Counted from the stretch's first letter, positions 10,201 through 20,426 are shown. The stretch: DNA of 51,490 nucleotides from Pedobacter sp. (GCA_041672425.1 JBAYZR010000001.1:1-51490); one strand, 5' to 3'. Numbers and translations are program-made. Notes: a model not told the origin generated them from the sequence alone.

Positions 10201-10816
10201 AGCCCGCATCATCGCCCTGACCGCCATCCTCAGGCTGCGACAGATCTGTCTGGCGCCGGCACTGGCCTCTCCCGGCGCATCCGACTCCTCACCCAAGCTG
10301 GATTTTCTGGCTGAACAGTTGTTGGAGTTGCGGGACGAGGGGCACAGCGTCCTGGTCTTTTCCCAGTTCACCGGCTATCTGGACATCATCGAACAAGGTT
10401 TGAAGCATCACGGCCTTGGCGCCCTGAGGTTGGACGGCTCCACGCCGGTTCCTCAACGCAGGAAACTGGTGCAAGCCTTCCAGAACTCTGAAGGCCCGGC
10501 CATATTCCTGGTCAGCCTCAAGGCCGGCGGAAAGGGGCTCAACCTGACCCGCGCAACCTACGTCTACCACATGGATCCGTGGTGGAATCCGGCTGTGGAA
10601 AATCAGGCCTCGGACCGCGCCCACCGCATAGGCCAGACCGAGCAGGTCACCATCACCCGCCTGATAATGCGTCACACCATCGAGGAGAAGATGATGACGC
10701 TCAAAGAGCAGAAGCTCAAGCTTTACAAGGCCATTTTGGAGGAAGGCACAAGCGGAGGAGGCGCGGGGTTATCGCGAGATGACTTCGAGTTTTTGCTGGG
10801 AGGGACATTGCCATAG
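7232..10816 (+). CDS. SNF2-family helicase with N-terminal SWIM zinc finger
   Basis: 1194 aa. SWIM motif CDCHQWQPARNCPH. SNF2 motifs LADDMGLGKT, DETQVVKN, LTGTPVEN and DPWWNPAVENQASDRAHRIGQ. Confidence 0.9.
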   Translation: MTQPTTPATLPPLLKRFHTYQPNDIYAAAAKVHLMAGFEECKSNKLTNAIWNEDKTSLIVSFTDGFQTTLLLEGYRLLTKCDCHQWQPARNCPHVVVVWATLKRMVSPETLSYIQFNRQLLLDMKRFTDKEPGCENDAVADSEANEKIRQKGLLEERRLLNKELNRKKARSQFCLVIEAGQHGSSIIGRIKRGNDVILGWNVIGIPTDLARFLSTHYYYESTSRYFEAFLKMTKGAYPIVFLNAEADETSLVYCNDEPRIASITFDIRGDEIHISRSLDNGMLIPAGAVLHGQLLFNPETGTIHPISNRTAWKTWEAVIKELDPVTALYEFDEFESEDDYYFDRNEPVLHPPELKRLPHTVVAPISLFNAASIRLIPEMINDADGHCYFLRDGLNMGTPGSGALSYLLDIPHGMTTHKVSLTPVGVYDDQTFAFSNDAFWLLNPFQRSRLSVPMKAKKRVKAILETAFVLLDETKPTARNTIIRSLTNSPDFLKLEIKRNAKQLLNHLSEEWNRKMSLLMVGSDGWHCVEDNRRSQARLIRILFEIFGMDAFCGGLTPCELELPTAHLLKKLPQLMERLQQEGFSLRVGRAPMAMASWEFSLDATKSSIDWFELRPEIRCNGELLSDEEMSGLFNGTGMLRRDGKLMLLDEISAQVLAMFTGAMPSKKRKRKGEQEPVRVPRLQILDWLQLRNHGVTVKLNQDDARVLESLLNFDHIPERPVPASLNATLRHYQADAWRWLAFLYEHRFGACLADDMGLGKTLQGITLLAGIMLGEIASCAPKGAPHLVVVPPSLLFNWEGEIARFLPTARVLLYTGSGRSSEAFGDHDIVITSYGIVQRDIEQLEKLRFDVIIFDETQVVKNLQASTSNAVRKLKGSFAMALTGTPVENHLGEYYAIMDLCLPGLLGSREEFTRQTGQVNQAGIERLIRRTRPFILRRSKQMIAAELPPKIETDIQLELSPKQKALYQRTVEEVRGQVSEAFARHASGQARIIALTAILRLRQICLAPALASPGASDSSPKLDFLAEQLLELRDEGHSVLVFSQFTGYLDIIEQGLKHHGLGALRLDGSTPVPQRRKLVQAFQNSEGPAIFLVSLKAGGKGLNLTRATYVYHMDPWWNPAVENQASDRAHRIGQTEQVTITRLIMRHTIEEKMMTLKEQKLKLYKAILEEGTSGGGAGLSRDDFEFLLGGTLP

Positions 10817-10885
10817 CCGGAGTTGCTGCAACTATCTTACTCATCCAGTTATGGGTATATTGTCAATTGGATAAAACGAATATGG

Positions 10886-11941
10886 CTACCCCTGATTGGT
10901 CAATGCCGCCAGCTTCTCCACCTGTTGCAGCGCCCGACCGGAATCAATGGCCTTGGCGGCCAGGGTCATGCCCTCAGCCGGTGTAGCTGCCTTCTCGGCG
11001 GCCACCAGGGCAAATGCGGCGTTAAGGAGGACAATATCCCTTCGCGGCCCCTGCTCGCCAGCCAGAACGGCCTTGACTATCCTGGCGTTGGCGATCGCAT
11101 CGCCACCCTTGAGCGCTGCCATGTCACAACGTGTCAGGTCAAGCTGTTCCGGGGTTACGGTTGTCAGTTTTACACCTGCGGGAGTGACCTCGGCCAGCAG
11201 GGTTTCTCCGGTGAGGGATATCTCGTCCATGCCGTCCGAGCCATGTACCACGAAACCATGCCTGCAACCCAGCTTGTGCAGCACTCCAGCCAGTTTTCCC
11301 ACCAGATCGGCGCGATAGACCCCCATCACCTGGCAGTCCGCCCCGGCCGGATTGGTCAGGGGGCCAAGGATGTTGAAAATGGTACGGATGCCGATTTCGC
11401 GGCGAGGGCCAATGGCGTGCTTCATGGCGCCGTGCAGGGCCGGGGCAAAGAGAAACCCTATGCCGATCTGGTCAATGCAATGTTCCACTGTTTCGGGGGT
11501 TACATCAAGGTTGATGCCCAGCTTCTCCAGCACGTCGGCGCTGCCGCAGGCCGACGATACAGCGCGGTTGCCGTGCTTGGCCACCTTGACCCCGCAGGCC
11601 GAAACCACGAAGGATACGGTGGTGGAGATGTTAAAGGTGTTGGTGCCGTCGCCGCCGGTGCCGACTACGTCCAGGATGGTCTCCCGGTCAATGTTGATGT
11701 CATCCCGGTCAATATCCAGCACCCCTCTGCCAACCCGAATCGGGGTGGCTCGTTCGCGCATGACCCGGGCCGCTCCGGTAATCTCCTCGACGGTTTCCCC
11801 TTTCATCCGCAGGGCGGTGATGAAGGCGCCGATCTGGGCTGGTGTGCATTCACCGGACATGATCTGGTTCATGACCTCAATCATTTCCCCTTCAGTCAGA
11901 TTTTCCAGTTCGACTATCCTTGCAATGGCTTTTCTGATCAT
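10886..11941 (-). CDS. trpD: Anthranilate phosphoribosyltransferase
   Basis: 351 aa. The N-terminal [36 protein letters not shown] together with [16 protein letters not shown] is the TrpD signature. Confidence 0.92.
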   Translation of the reverse strand: MIRKAIARIVELENLTEGEMIEVMNQIMSGECTPAQIGAFITALRMKGETVEEITGAARVMRERATPIRVGRGVLDIDRDDINIDRETILDVVGTGGDGTNTFNISTTVSFVVSACGVKVAKHGNRAVSSACGSADVLEKLGINLDVTPETVEHCIDQIGIGFLFAPALHGAMKHAIGPRREIGIRTIFNILGPLTNPAGADCQVMGVYRADLVGKLAGVLHKLGCRHGFVVHGSDGMDEISLTGETLLAEVTPAGVKLTTVTPEQLDLTRCDMAALKGGDAIANARIVKAVLAGEQGPRRDIVLLNAAFALVAAEKAATPAEGMTLAAKAIDSGRALQQVEKLAALTNQG

Positions 11942-11983
11942 GGCTGTACCTCATGCATGGCTTTGGATTATATCGTTGTGAAT

Positions 11984-12014
11984 AATAAAAATGGGGATGT
12001 GCGAACATCCCCAT
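11984..12014 (-). terminator. Rho-independent terminator downstream of the response-regulator gene
   Basis: On the minus strand, ATGGGGATGT-TCGC-ACATCCCCAT is followed by TTTTATT. Confidence 0.6.
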
Positions 12015-12048
12015 TGGCTTGTTTGTTGGCTTAGGAGCTGCGTTCCGT

Positions 12049-13194
12049 TTACATGCCTTCCCTGATTTTACGAATAGCCTCTTTGATGAGTGATTCTGCC
12101 AGGTCGGGTACTACTTCCCAGACGATGCGTTGGATAACTTCCTGAGAAACACCAGCAATAGCAGCCTTAAGTTGTTCTTCAGTCAAGGTTGCAGCGATTG
12201 ATGTTTCAGCTGGATGCGCAATGGTGGCAGCCGCTGGCTCGACGGAACCGGAGACAGGAGCAACAAATGCAGGAACAGCAGTCTCGGTGAACGCTGGAAT
12301 AATCGTATCCGCGAATACAGGAGCAGCCTCGGTGAATACTGGCGCTTCAAGTGGAGTGGATATGCCTTGTGCTGCTGCTTTTAGCGGCTCTTCTTCCAAG
12401 GAAATATCACCAAAAGCAACCTCCGTTATTGGAGGTAGTTGATCAGAGAAAACGGTTGCCGGTAATTCGGCAACCGCCTCTTCCGTATACTCAAATGTGT
12501 GTTCCTCTACCGGAACCCACTGCGAGCCGGTGTGCGTTACGGGTGCTGTTGGCGCTACCGGTGGCTGTGCAATCCGCACCTCTGGTTCTTCACTGATGAT
12601 AGCAAACACATCGGGTTCAAATGCTGATTCAGTTATGTCCAATGAAGGTGGCGCGACAGGGGCGGGTTCTTCGGCAACGGTAAAGGCGCCCCATATATCC
12701 TCTGCTTGTTCCTCCATGAATTGCCCGGAAATGACAGGTGTTTCTTGCAGGATCACCGGCGGGACGACTATGGTCGGTAACGCGGGGATTGGCATGGTCA
12801 GCGGCTGTGCGGCCGTACGGGAAACACCCAGCTCGTAAAGCTCTTTGACCTTGTTAACAATCTGCTGGGATTCAAACGGCTTGGCGAGAAAATCATCGGC
12901 GCCGCAACTTTTGGCCTTTGCTTCATCAAAGGGTTCAAAGGAACCGGTCAGGATCAGAATTGGCTTTGTAGCCAGAGCCGGAGTTGCCCGGACAACCTCA
13001 CAAACCTCGTAACCGGACATGCCTGGCATAATGGCATCAATGAGCAGGACATCGGGAGATAGCTCACGCGCCTTGTCGATGGCGGTTTTACCATTATCCA
13101 CCACGGTGAGGGTGTAGTCGTCACCCCCAAAAATGATGCTGATCACCTTTTGTATGGTGATGCTGTCATCGGCAAGGAGAATTTTGATGCTCAT
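12049..13194 (-). CDS. CheY-like response regulator with a long Pro/Ala/Glu-rich C-terminal extension
   Basis: 381 aa. The receiver domain shows ILLADDSITIQKV...LLIDAIMPGMSGYEV...LAKPF. The C-terminal ~250 aa are low-complexity. Confidence 0.85.
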   Translation of the reverse strand: MSIKILLADDSITIQKVISIIFGGDDYTLTVVDNGKTAIDKARELSPDVLLIDAIMPGMSGYEVCEVVRATPALATKPILILTGSFEPFDEAKAKSCGADDFLAKPFESQQIVNKVKELYELGVSRTAAQPLTMPIPALPTIVVPPVILQETPVISGQFMEEQAEDIWGAFTVAEEPAPVAPPSLDITESAFEPDVFAIISEEPEVRIAQPPVAPTAPVTHTGSQWVPVEEHTFEYTEEAVAELPATVFSDQLPPITEVAFGDISLEEEPLKAAAQGISTPLEAPVFTEAAPVFADTIIPAFTETAVPAFVAPVSGSVEPAAATIAHPAETSIAATLTEEQLKAAIAGVSQEVIQRIVWEVVPDLAESLIKEAIRKIREGM

Positions 13195-13319
13195 CGGTCC
13201 CTCCCCTGATTGGCGGGTGCGGTTTAAGTAGATGGAAAAATACGCAAAAAAGCTAGCATACAGACTCTAACCTGTCAAGTTTTAAGCGGTTCACCGGTTC
13301 GGTGGCTTAGGCCAAGTAT

Positions 13320-13507
13320 CTAAGGGACTGTCAAAGAATAACTATAACATTATGCATCCCGTTTTCAGGCTGTCTTTGGCCGAACTTCAATCGCAAAATC
13401 CTCAACGTAGCACTGCTACGTCTGCGGTTTTGCTCAATCAGTTCGACCAAATCCAACCTAAATCCGGGCTCCTAATTGTAACAGTTATTCTTTGACAGCC
13501 CCTAAGG
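13320..13507. repeat. MITE-like repeat, copy B
   Basis: Terminal inverted repeats are TAAGGGACTGTCAAAGAATAACTAT and ACAGTTATTCTTTGACAGCCCCTAAGG. The internal sequence matches copy A at 7009-7195. Confidence 0.75.
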
Positions 13508-13540
13508 AGGCTTCTGGCAAGTTCTTTGTTTTGTTATTTA

Positions 13541-14722
13541 TCAGGTTCGATAGTCGGCATTGATGCTGACGTACTCATGGGAAAGATCTGATGTATAGAC
13601 AGTTGCAGAGCCGTTGCCAAGGCCAAGGTCAACGGTTACGGTGAATTCGTTTTTCCGGAGTACCACGGTACCACGCGCCTCGGCGTCTCCTCCGGCAAAG
13701 ACCCCGTTATGGGCCATGCATACGTCGTTAAATCGCAGTGAAAGCCGCGATGGATCCACCTCGATACCAGAGTAGCCAACCGCGGCAAAGATGCGGCCCC
13801 AGTTGGCGTCCTGTCCAAAGAAAGCGGTTTTTACGAGGCTGGAATTGGCAATAGCCAGGGCCGCGCGTTTGGCGTCGCCATCACTTCTCGCCCCTGTGAG
13901 GCGCACCTCGACAAACTTTGTAGCGCCTTCGCCGTCCTTTACGATTTGCTTTGCCAGCGAGAGCAGCACGTCATGCAGCAGGATCTCGAATTCTTGAGCC
14001 TCTGGAGATCCTGCTGAAATGGCAGGGTTTTCGGCCATGCCGTTGGCCATGATCAGGCATGTGTCGTTGGTTGAGGTGTCGCCGTCCACGGTGATGGCGT
14101 TGAACGACGTATCGACCGCACTACGAAAGGCTTTTTCAAGTACCGTCGGGTCAACTCTGGCGTCGGTGATAATGAATGAAAGCATGGTGGCCATGTTGGG
14201 CATAATCATTCCCGCCCCTTTGGCGATGCCAGCCACGGTGTAGCTGACCCCGCCTGCCTGACAGCTGCGGGCCTCCATCTTGGGGAAAGTGTCGGTGGTC
14301 ATGATGGCCTCGGCCACGTCGTCCAGGGCGCCTGACGAAAGCCCTTCTATCAGGCCGGGAATTGCAACCCGAATCCGTTCCATCGGCATCTGTACGCCGA
14401 TTACGCCTGTTGAGGAAACCTGCACTGCGTTATCCGGGATTCCAAGGTTCTCGGCCACCAGGCGGGCTGTGTCGCGCGCCACCACCATACCCTGTTCGCC
14501 GGTACAGGCATTGGCATTCCCGCTGTTGACGACCAGAGCCTGAGCCATGCCGCTTGTGATGTGTTCCGCGGAAAGCAGCACCGGGGCTGCCTTGACAGCA
14601 TTGGTGGTAAAGACGGCACAGGCCGTGGCCGGCGCCTCGGAGAAGATCATGGCCAGGTCCTTGCGACCAGGTTTATTGATGGCCGCTTCAACAGCGGAAA
14701 ATTGAAAACCTTTTATGTCCAT
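13541..14722 (-). CDS. argJ: Bifunctional ornithine acetyltransferase / N-acetylglutamate synthase
   Basis: The ORF track extends to 14782. I prefer the ATG at 14722 (MDIKGFQF), which follows a GGGAG RBS and avoids overlap with secA. The ArgJ autoprocessing region ATMLSFIITDA is present. Confidence 0.9.
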   Translation of the reverse strand: MDIKGFQFSAVEAAINKPGRKDLAMIFSEAPATACAVFTTNAVKAAPVLLSAEHITSGMAQALVVNSGNANACTGEQGMVVARDTARLVAENLGIPDNAVQVSSTGVIGVQMPMERIRVAIPGLIEGLSSGALDDVAEAIMTTDTFPKMEARSCQAGGVSYTVAGIAKGAGMIMPNMATMLSFIITDARVDPTVLEKAFRSAVDTSFNAITVDGDTSTNDTCLIMANGMAENPAISAGSPEAQEFEILLHDVLLSLAKQIVKDGEGATKFVEVRLTGARSDGDAKRAALAIANSSLVKTAFFGQDANWGRIFAAVGYSGIEVDPSRLSLRFNDVCMAHNGVFAGGDAEARGTVVLRKNEFTVTVDLGLGNGSATVYTSDLSHEYVSINADYRT

Positions 14723-14733
14723 ATGTTTACTCC

Positions 14734-17424
14734 CTATTTCCCGTGGCACTTCTTGTATTTTTTGCCGCTTCCGCAGGGGCAAGGATCGTTTCTTCCGGCT
14801 ACCTTCTGGCTTTTGGCCGGCTCATGTGCCCGCTTATCATCACCGGAGAGATTGAAAATCAGTTTCTGGCTGCGTTGCTCTTCCTCCAGTTCCTCAACCT
14901 CGTCCGGATTTTCTACCTGCACCCAGTAGATACGCTCTACTACCTCTTCGCGGATGCGTATTATCATCTCCATAAAGAGGTTGAAAGCCTCTTTCTTGTA
15001 CTCCTGCTTCGGATCCTTTTGGCCATAGCCGCGCAGGCCTATACCTTCCTTAAGGTGGTCGACATTGAGCAGATGATCCTTCCAGTGGGTGTCAATGGCC
15101 TGGAGCATGATCACTTTTATCAGGTGGTCGATCAGTTCGTCCCCCATCTCGGTTACCTTGGCCAGGAAGATGGCATGGGCCTGCTCTTTAAGGATGTCGC
15201 GGAAGTTGGTGGGGTTCAGACGTGACAACATATCCTGGGGCATGTCCAGATGCAGATTGAAGCATTTGTAGACGATTTCACTTATGCCTTGCCAGTCCCA
15301 CTCATGAGCTGGAACTTTGTCAATGCAATAGGTTGCGACGATCTCTTCGATAGTCTCGGCAAACATTTCAAGGAAGCTTTCCCGAATATCCTGACCGGCC
15401 AGGATTTCCCGGCGCTGGGTGTAGATCACCTCGCGTTGTTTGTTCATTACATCATCATACTCGATCAAGTGTTTACGGATGTCAAAGTTGTGAGCCTCCA
15501 CCTTTTTCTGGGCATTTTCTATGGATTTGTTGATCATGGTGTGGGTAATGGCCTCTCCCTCCTCGATCTTTAGGAAATCCATAATCTTTGCCACACGCTC
15601 GGAACCAAAGATGCGTAGCAGGTCATCCTGTAGCGACAGGTAGAAACGGGACGAACCAGGATCGCCCTGACGTCCGGAGCGACCGCGTAACTGGTTATCG
15701 ATACGGCGGGATTCGTGACGCTCCGTACCAATTATGTGCAGACCACCCAGCTTTACCACCTCGTCATGTTCGGCTGCGCATTCAGCCTTATACTTGGCAA
15801 TTACGGCCTGGTACTCCTCATCGGTGGACTCGGGGTTGGCCCGGAGCCATTGCTTGGCCAGGGCATCCGGATTGCCGCCCAACAGGATGTCGGTTCCACG
15901 ACCGGCCATGTTGGTGGCGATGGTGATGGCCTTCAGGCGACCAGCCTGGGACACAATTTCGGCCTCGCGCTCGTGCTGCTTGGCGTTGAGCACATTGTGG
16001 GGGATCCCCTGCCGTTTCAGCAACTCGGCCAGCACCTCGGACTTTTCTATGGAGATGGTGCCTACCAGACATGGTTGTCCGACGACATAGTGCTCCTTTA
16101 TGTCCTCAATAACGGCGTTAAACTTCTCCATCTCGGTTTTGTAGATTACGTCCGGAAAGTCAGGGCGCAGGAGTGGTTGGTTGGTAGGGATAACCATCAC
16201 ATCCAGTTTGTAGATTTTGTGAAACTCTTCCGCCTCGGTATCGGCCGTACCGGTCATGCCGGAGAGTTTCTTGTACATGCGGAAATAGTTCTGGAAGGTG
16301 ATCGTGGCCAAGGTCTGATTCTCGTTCTCGATGTTGACCCCTTCCTTGGCTTCAATGGCCTGATGCAAGCCGTCTGACCAGCGCCGACCAGGCATGAGAC
16401 GACCAGTGAATTCGTCAACAATCATGACCTCGCCGTCTTTTACCACATAGTCCACGTCACGTTTGTACATGGCATGGGCCCGCAGGGCTTGCTGCGTATG
16501 GTGCAGGAGTTCGATATTGCGAGGATCGTACAGGTTGTCCACCTTGAGCAGCTTCTCGACCGTCAGGACTCCCTGTTCGGTCAGGTTGGCGCTCTTGGCC
16601 TTTTCGTCGATGGTGAAGTCGCCGGAGTAGGCCTTGCGCTTGCCCGAAAGGGTATTGGCCTCAACATCCATCACCTCGCCCTTTTTCAGCAGCGGGATAA
16701 TGCGGTCAATTATGTAGTATTTGTCGGTAGACTCCTCGGTGGGACCGGAGATGATCAAGGGGGTACGGGCCTCGTCTATCAGGATGGAGTCAACCTCGTC
16801 CACAATGGCATGGTTGAAGCCGCGTTGCACATAGTCTTCCAGGGAAAATTTCATGTTGTCACGCAGATAATCAAAACCGAATTCATTGTTGGTGCCGTAG
16901 GTAATGTCAGCGGCATAGTTTTCGCGGCGCTGCTCGTCCTCAACTCCATGCACGATCACACCAACGGTCAGCCCCAGGAAGTTGTAGAGCTGGCCCATCC
17001 ATTCCGAGTCGCGCCTGGCCAGGTAGTCATTGACCGTGATGACGTGCACTCCCTTGCCGGAAATGCCGTTGAGGTAAGCCGGCAGGGTTGCCACAAGGGT
17101 TTTGCCCTCACCGGTTTTCATCTCGGCAATCTTGCCGGAATGCAGCGCCATGCCGCCGATCAGCTGCACATCGAAGTGGCGCATGCTCAACACCCGCTTG
17201 CTTGCCTCGCGGCAGACGGAAAAGGCCTCGGGTAGCATTGCATCCAAAGTCTCACCTCGCAAATAGCGCTCCTTGAAATCAAAGGTCTTATCTTTCAGCT
17301 GCTCGTCAGAAAGCTTTGCAATCGAAGTTTCCATGCCGTTTATTTTATGGACGAGCGGCCACAGCTTCTTCAACTCGCGCTCGTTTTTACTGCCGATGAT
17401 ATTTTTGATAAGGGAACCGAACAT
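14734..17424 (-). CDS. secA: Preprotein translocase ATPase SecA
   Basis: 896 aa. The N-terminus reads [20 protein letters not shown]. The MKTGEGKTL Walker A motif and the C-terminal zinc motif [14 protein letters not shown] are present. Confidence 0.95.
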   Translation of the reverse strand: MFGSLIKNIIGSKNERELKKLWPLVHKINGMETSIAKLSDEQLKDKTFDFKERYLRGETLDAMLPEAFSVCREASKRVLSMRHFDVQLIGGMALHSGKIAEMKTGEGKTLVATLPAYLNGISGKGVHVITVNDYLARRDSEWMGQLYNFLGLTVGVIVHGVEDEQRRENYAADITYGTNNEFGFDYLRDNMKFSLEDYVQRGFNHAIVDEVDSILIDEARTPLIISGPTEESTDKYYIIDRIIPLLKKGEVMDVEANTLSGKRKAYSGDFTIDEKAKSANLTEQGVLTVEKLLKVDNLYDPRNIELLHHTQQALRAHAMYKRDVDYVVKDGEVMIVDEFTGRLMPGRRWSDGLHQAIEAKEGVNIENENQTLATITFQNYFRMYKKLSGMTGTADTEAEEFHKIYKLDVMVIPTNQPLLRPDFPDVIYKTEMEKFNAVIEDIKEHYVVGQPCLVGTISIEKSEVLAELLKRQGIPHNVLNAKQHEREAEIVSQAGRLKAITIATNMAGRGTDILLGGNPDALAKQWLRANPESTDEEYQAVIAKYKAECAAEHDEVVKLGGLHIIGTERHESRRIDNQLRGRSGRQGDPGSSRFYLSLQDDLLRIFGSERVAKIMDFLKIEEGEAITHTMINKSIENAQKKVEAHNFDIRKHLIEYDDVMNKQREVIYTQRREILAGQDIRESFLEMFAETIEEIVATYCIDKVPAHEWDWQGISEIVYKCFNLHLDMPQDMLSRLNPTNFRDILKEQAHAIFLAKVTEMGDELIDHLIKVIMLQAIDTHWKDHLLNVDHLKEGIGLRGYGQKDPKQEYKKEAFNLFMEMIIRIREEVVERIYWVQVENPDEVEELEEEQRSQKLIFNLSGDDKRAHEPAKSQKVAGRNDPCPCGSGKKYKKCHGK

Positions 17425-17557
17425 GTATGTCTCCCGCCTGATTTGAGTAATAAAAATAGTTTATAAAATTATCACAACTCTGGAGTGTACTCAACATAAA
17501 AGGGCCAGGGTGAATTTGTTCTCAATAAATTTACCCTGACCCCCCTGAAAAAATATA

Positions 17558-17586
17558 TTGACTCCCACATTTCCTTCAGGTATATA
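17558..17586 (+). promoter_or_regulatory. Sigma70-like promoter candidate for tRNA-Glu
   Basis: TTGACT, a 17-nt spacer, then TATATA. It lies ~70 nt upstream of the tRNA. Confidence 0.45.
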
Positions 17587-17655
17587 TTGACGTCTATTGT
17601 GCTTGCAATGGGGCTCAGAACCGCTACAGCGGACCAAGCGCGATATGTTATAAAC

Positions 17656-17733
<78 letters not shown>

Positions 17734-17766
17734 ATCATATGTCCGGCACAGTCCGGCTTGATACAG

Positions 17767-17793
17767 AAAGCCCTGAGAAATTAGGGCTTTTTT
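17767..17793 (+). terminator. Rho-independent terminator after tRNA-Glu
   Basis: AAAGCCCT-GAGAAATT-AGGGCTTTTTT. Confidence 0.7.
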
Positions 17794-17910
17794 GTTTTTG
17801 CTTGTCCAGCACAATCCGCCTTGATATGATGGAATCCAGTTAGTTTAAGGGTGTTTCTGGGGGTGTTTCAAAAAACCCTCAAAACGGACACCCTCAAAAA
17901 GGGGGATGCC

Positions 17911-19173
17911 ATGCCTAAACGGATTCTGTCACTTACTGATCTTCAGGTCAAAACTGCAAAGCCGAAAGCGAAAGAATACAAGCTGACTGATGGCGGCGGA
18001 TTATATCTGCTGATTACACCCAGCGGCGGGAAGCTCTGGCGCTTCAATTACCGTTTTGATGAAAAATACAAAACCCTCTTTTTCAAATCCTACCCCGAAA
18101 TAACCCTTTCAGATGCAAGAAAAGCCCGCGATGATGCACGAAAACTTCTAGCAAATGGCGTAGATCCTGGCGCTATCATCAAAGCTCAGAAAGAGCAGAC
18201 ACAGATCCAGTCGGAAATTTCTGCCAACACGTTCAAGAAAGTTGCCCGTGATTGGTTGCAGAAAAATTCCCCCGCCTGGAGCGAGAGTCATGTCAAAACC
18301 ATTACCAGTCGTCTTGATCGTGATGTTTACCCGGCTTTTGGTGATAGAGCTGTCACCAGCATCACCCGCAAAGATGTAAAGACCCTTATGGAAAAGGTTG
18401 AAGCCCGGGGAACGATTGAAACAGCTGACAGGATCAAGCTTTATTGCCGGCAGATTCTGCGTTATGCCCTCAATAACGGTTTGATAGAAGCAAATCCCGT
18501 CGATGATATGAAGGATATACTGTCGAAACGTAAGCCAGGCCATCACGCCGCATTGACAGATCCGAAAGAGGTTGCATCACTCCTTCGGGCCATCGATGGT
18601 TTTGAAGGTTCATTTATCGTCAAATGCGCCCTGAAACTGGCCCCGCTACTTTTCGTTCGTCCAGGAGAATTGCGGCAGATGGAGTGGAACGAGATTGATT
18701 TCGAATCACTTGATGGAGGCTCGCCGGAATGGAATATACCTGCTCATAAAATGAAAATGAAAGAGCCTCACGTTGTGCCGCTTTGCAAACAAGCTGTTGC
18801 GATACTGAGGGAGCTACAGCCAATAACCGGGAACGGAATATATGTGTTCCCCAACGGGCGCACTACAGAGCGCCCCATGAGTGAGGTCGCATTGTTGGCA
18901 GCTCTCCGCCGGATGGGATGCTCCAAAGAGGAGATGACACCGCATGGTTTTCGTGCTATGGCCAGGACAATTCTTGACGAAGTTCTGCAATTCAGGCCTG
19001 ACTTCATTGAGCACCAACTTGCACATGCTGTAAAAGATCCGAATGGCAGGGCATACAACCGAACTGCGCACCTTGTAGAACGCAAGAAGATGATGCAGAC
19101 ATGGGCTGACTATCTTGATAATCTGAAAACTGGGGCAAAAGTCATACACCTATCTGACCGGTCTGCAGGCTGA
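17911..19173 (+). CDS. P4-type tyrosine integrase (DUF4102 N-terminal arm-binding domain)
   Basis: I prefer the ATG at 17911 (MPKRILSLTDLQVKTAKPK), which follows an AAGGGGGA RBS. LTDGGGLYLLITPSGGKLWRFNYRF is the P4-integrase N-terminus. The C-terminal residues HGFRAMARTIL...HQLAH...AYNR are catalytic. It lies immediately 3' of a tRNA. Confidence 0.9.
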   Translation: MPKRILSLTDLQVKTAKPKAKEYKLTDGGGLYLLITPSGGKLWRFNYRFDEKYKTLFFKSYPEITLSDARKARDDARKLLANGVDPGAIIKAQKEQTQIQSEISANTFKKVARDWLQKNSPAWSESHVKTITSRLDRDVYPAFGDRAVTSITRKDVKTLMEKVEARGTIETADRIKLYCRQILRYALNNGLIEANPVDDMKDILSKRKPGHHAALTDPKEVASLLRAIDGFEGSFIVKCALKLAPLLFVRPGELRQMEWNEIDFESLDGGSPEWNIPAHKMKMKEPHVVPLCKQAVAILRELQPITGNGIYVFPNGRTTERPMSEVALLAALRRMGCSKEEMTPHGFRAMARTILDEVLQFRPDFIEHQLAHAVKDPNGRAYNRTAHLVERKKMMQTWADYLDNLKTGAKVIHLSDRSAG

Positions 19174-19282
19174 CTTGTTTCTGATCGTTGCTATCCGATT
19201 CTAAGCGTAACATACTGTTAAATATAAATATTATGTAAAATAATCTCTTGACGCGACTGTCTAAAGGAGTATTATACGATCT

Positions 19283-19436
19283 CAAATTGATTATTCCGGT
19301 CCGACACGAACGGGCCACGGTCACGGCATGAGACTCGGCAGCAAACGGCATTTCCTATTGCCACACTAAGCTGAACAGAGTCTCCGCACAACATGCAAAG
19401 GCCATTACCTCCAACGGGGTAGTGGCCTTTTTTTGT
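19283..19436 (+). ncRNA. Candidate small transcript between int and alpA (promoter 19248-19275, terminator 19399-19436)
   Basis: TTGACG, a 16-nt spacer, TATTAT, then ~120 nt, then the hairpin AGGCCATTACC...GGTAGTGGCCT followed by T7. The only ORF inside is 13 codons. Confidence 0.3.
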
Positions 19437-19595
19437 TTAAGCACAGAATTTTGACTATCGCATAAAGAGAACAGCGATCGCTATGGCAGAAGAACAGGGG
19501 GGACCTTCCCCCCTGCTAGATATTACAAGTAGGACAGTATGCTCAGAACAAGTCCGGACGTGTCCGATGATCTCAAACTGAATCATGGAGGTTTT

Positions 19596-19853
19596 ATGCA
19601 CAGTACTTCTCTCCCCGAAACCGGCTTTGTCCGGCTGCCCAACATCATCGGCGACGCCAAGGCCGATCCGCCCATTCCCCCGATCATTCCGGTATCCAAA
19701 AGCACCTGGTGGGCCGGGGTAAAATCTGGCCGTTACCCTCAATGCGTAAAATTAGGCCCCAGAATTACAGCCTGGCGCGTAGAAAGCATCAGGGAACTCA
19801 TCCGAGAAAGCTCGATGTCCCGAAACGACCAGATAATGGTCAACATTGAATGA
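19596..19853 (+). CDS. alpA: AlpA-family excisionase / transcriptional regulator
   Basis: ATG at 19596 after a GGAGG RBS. FVRLPNIIG...IPVSKSTWWAGVKSGRYPQCVKLGPRITAWRVESIRELI is the AlpA/MerR-like HTH pattern. Confidence 0.8.
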   Translation: MHSTSLPETGFVRLPNIIGDAKADPPIPPIIPVSKSTWWAGVKSGRYPQCVKLGPRITAWRVESIRELIRESSMSRNDQIMVNIE

Positions 19854-19865
19854 CAGGGAGCACCG

Positions 19866-20423
19866 ATGGACTGGGTAAAAGTTATGTGCAACATCCTTGA
19901 TCATCGCAAGATCAAGATGATCCGCAAGGGACCGGAAGGAAACACCCTGGTGCTGCTCTGGCTGCTGATGCTGGCCGAAGCGGGAAAATGCAATCGGGGC
20001 GGCTACCTGATGGTATCCGACAGCCTGCCATACACAGCGGAGACCTTGAGCATGGTCACCGATATTCCGCTCCCGACCGTCCAACTTGGACTCGCAACTT
20101 TTGCCGGTCTGGACATGATCGACCGGCAGGACGGCGCAATCTTCATCAAGAACTGGGGGAAGTACCAGAGTGAGGACAAGCTTGAGGCCAGGCGCGAAAA
20201 GGAGCGGCAGCGGCAACAGCGGCATCGTCAGAATGAGCGGAACAAAATACTTGCTCTGCCAGCACCGGACCAGGAGTCACGTGACGGTCACGTTTATATG
20301 TCACGTGACGTCACGCAAGAGAACAGAGAAAACAAGAAGAGAGGAGAAAAGATAACAACAGACCATGTTCAGTTGTTGTTGTTCGGAACTCCCTTGTCAA
20401 GAATCTCCGACCAAGAACTGTAG
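19866..20423 (+). CDS. Phage-type replisome organizer (N-terminal domain) protein
   Basis: MDWVKVMCNILDHRKIKMIRKGPEGNTLVLLWLLMLAEAGKCNRGGYLM matches the replisome-organizer N-terminal pattern as I remember it. An iteron cluster lies inside the gene. Confidence 0.65.
   Translation: MDWVKVMCNILDHRKIKMIRKGPEGNTLVLLWLLMLAEAGKCNRGGYLMVSDSLPYTAETLSMVTDIPLPTVQLGLATFAGLDMIDRQDGAIFIKNWGKYQSEDKLEARREKERQRQQRHRQNERNKILALPAPDQESRDGHVYMSRDVTQENRENKKRGEKITTDHVQLLLFGTPLSRISDQEL
20276..20315. repeat. Iteron cluster (GTCACG x4 plus two inverted CGTGAC copies around an AT-rich core)
   Basis: GTCACG starts at 20276, 20287, 20300 and 20310, giving spacings of 11, 13 and 10 nt. TTTATAT lies in the middle. TCACGTGA palindromes occur twice. 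Confidence 0.6.
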
Positions 20424-20426
20424 GGC

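Noticed and set aside
10823-12034. 403-aa plus-strand ORF
   Set aside because: It is entirely antisense to trpD, whose translation has clear family signatures. The composition is low-complexity Gly/Ala/Arg-rich, as expected for a shadow ORF in GC-rich coding DNA.
16474-17235. 253-aa plus-strand ORF, plus several other plus-strand ORFs across 14743-17276
   Set aside because: All are antisense to secA.
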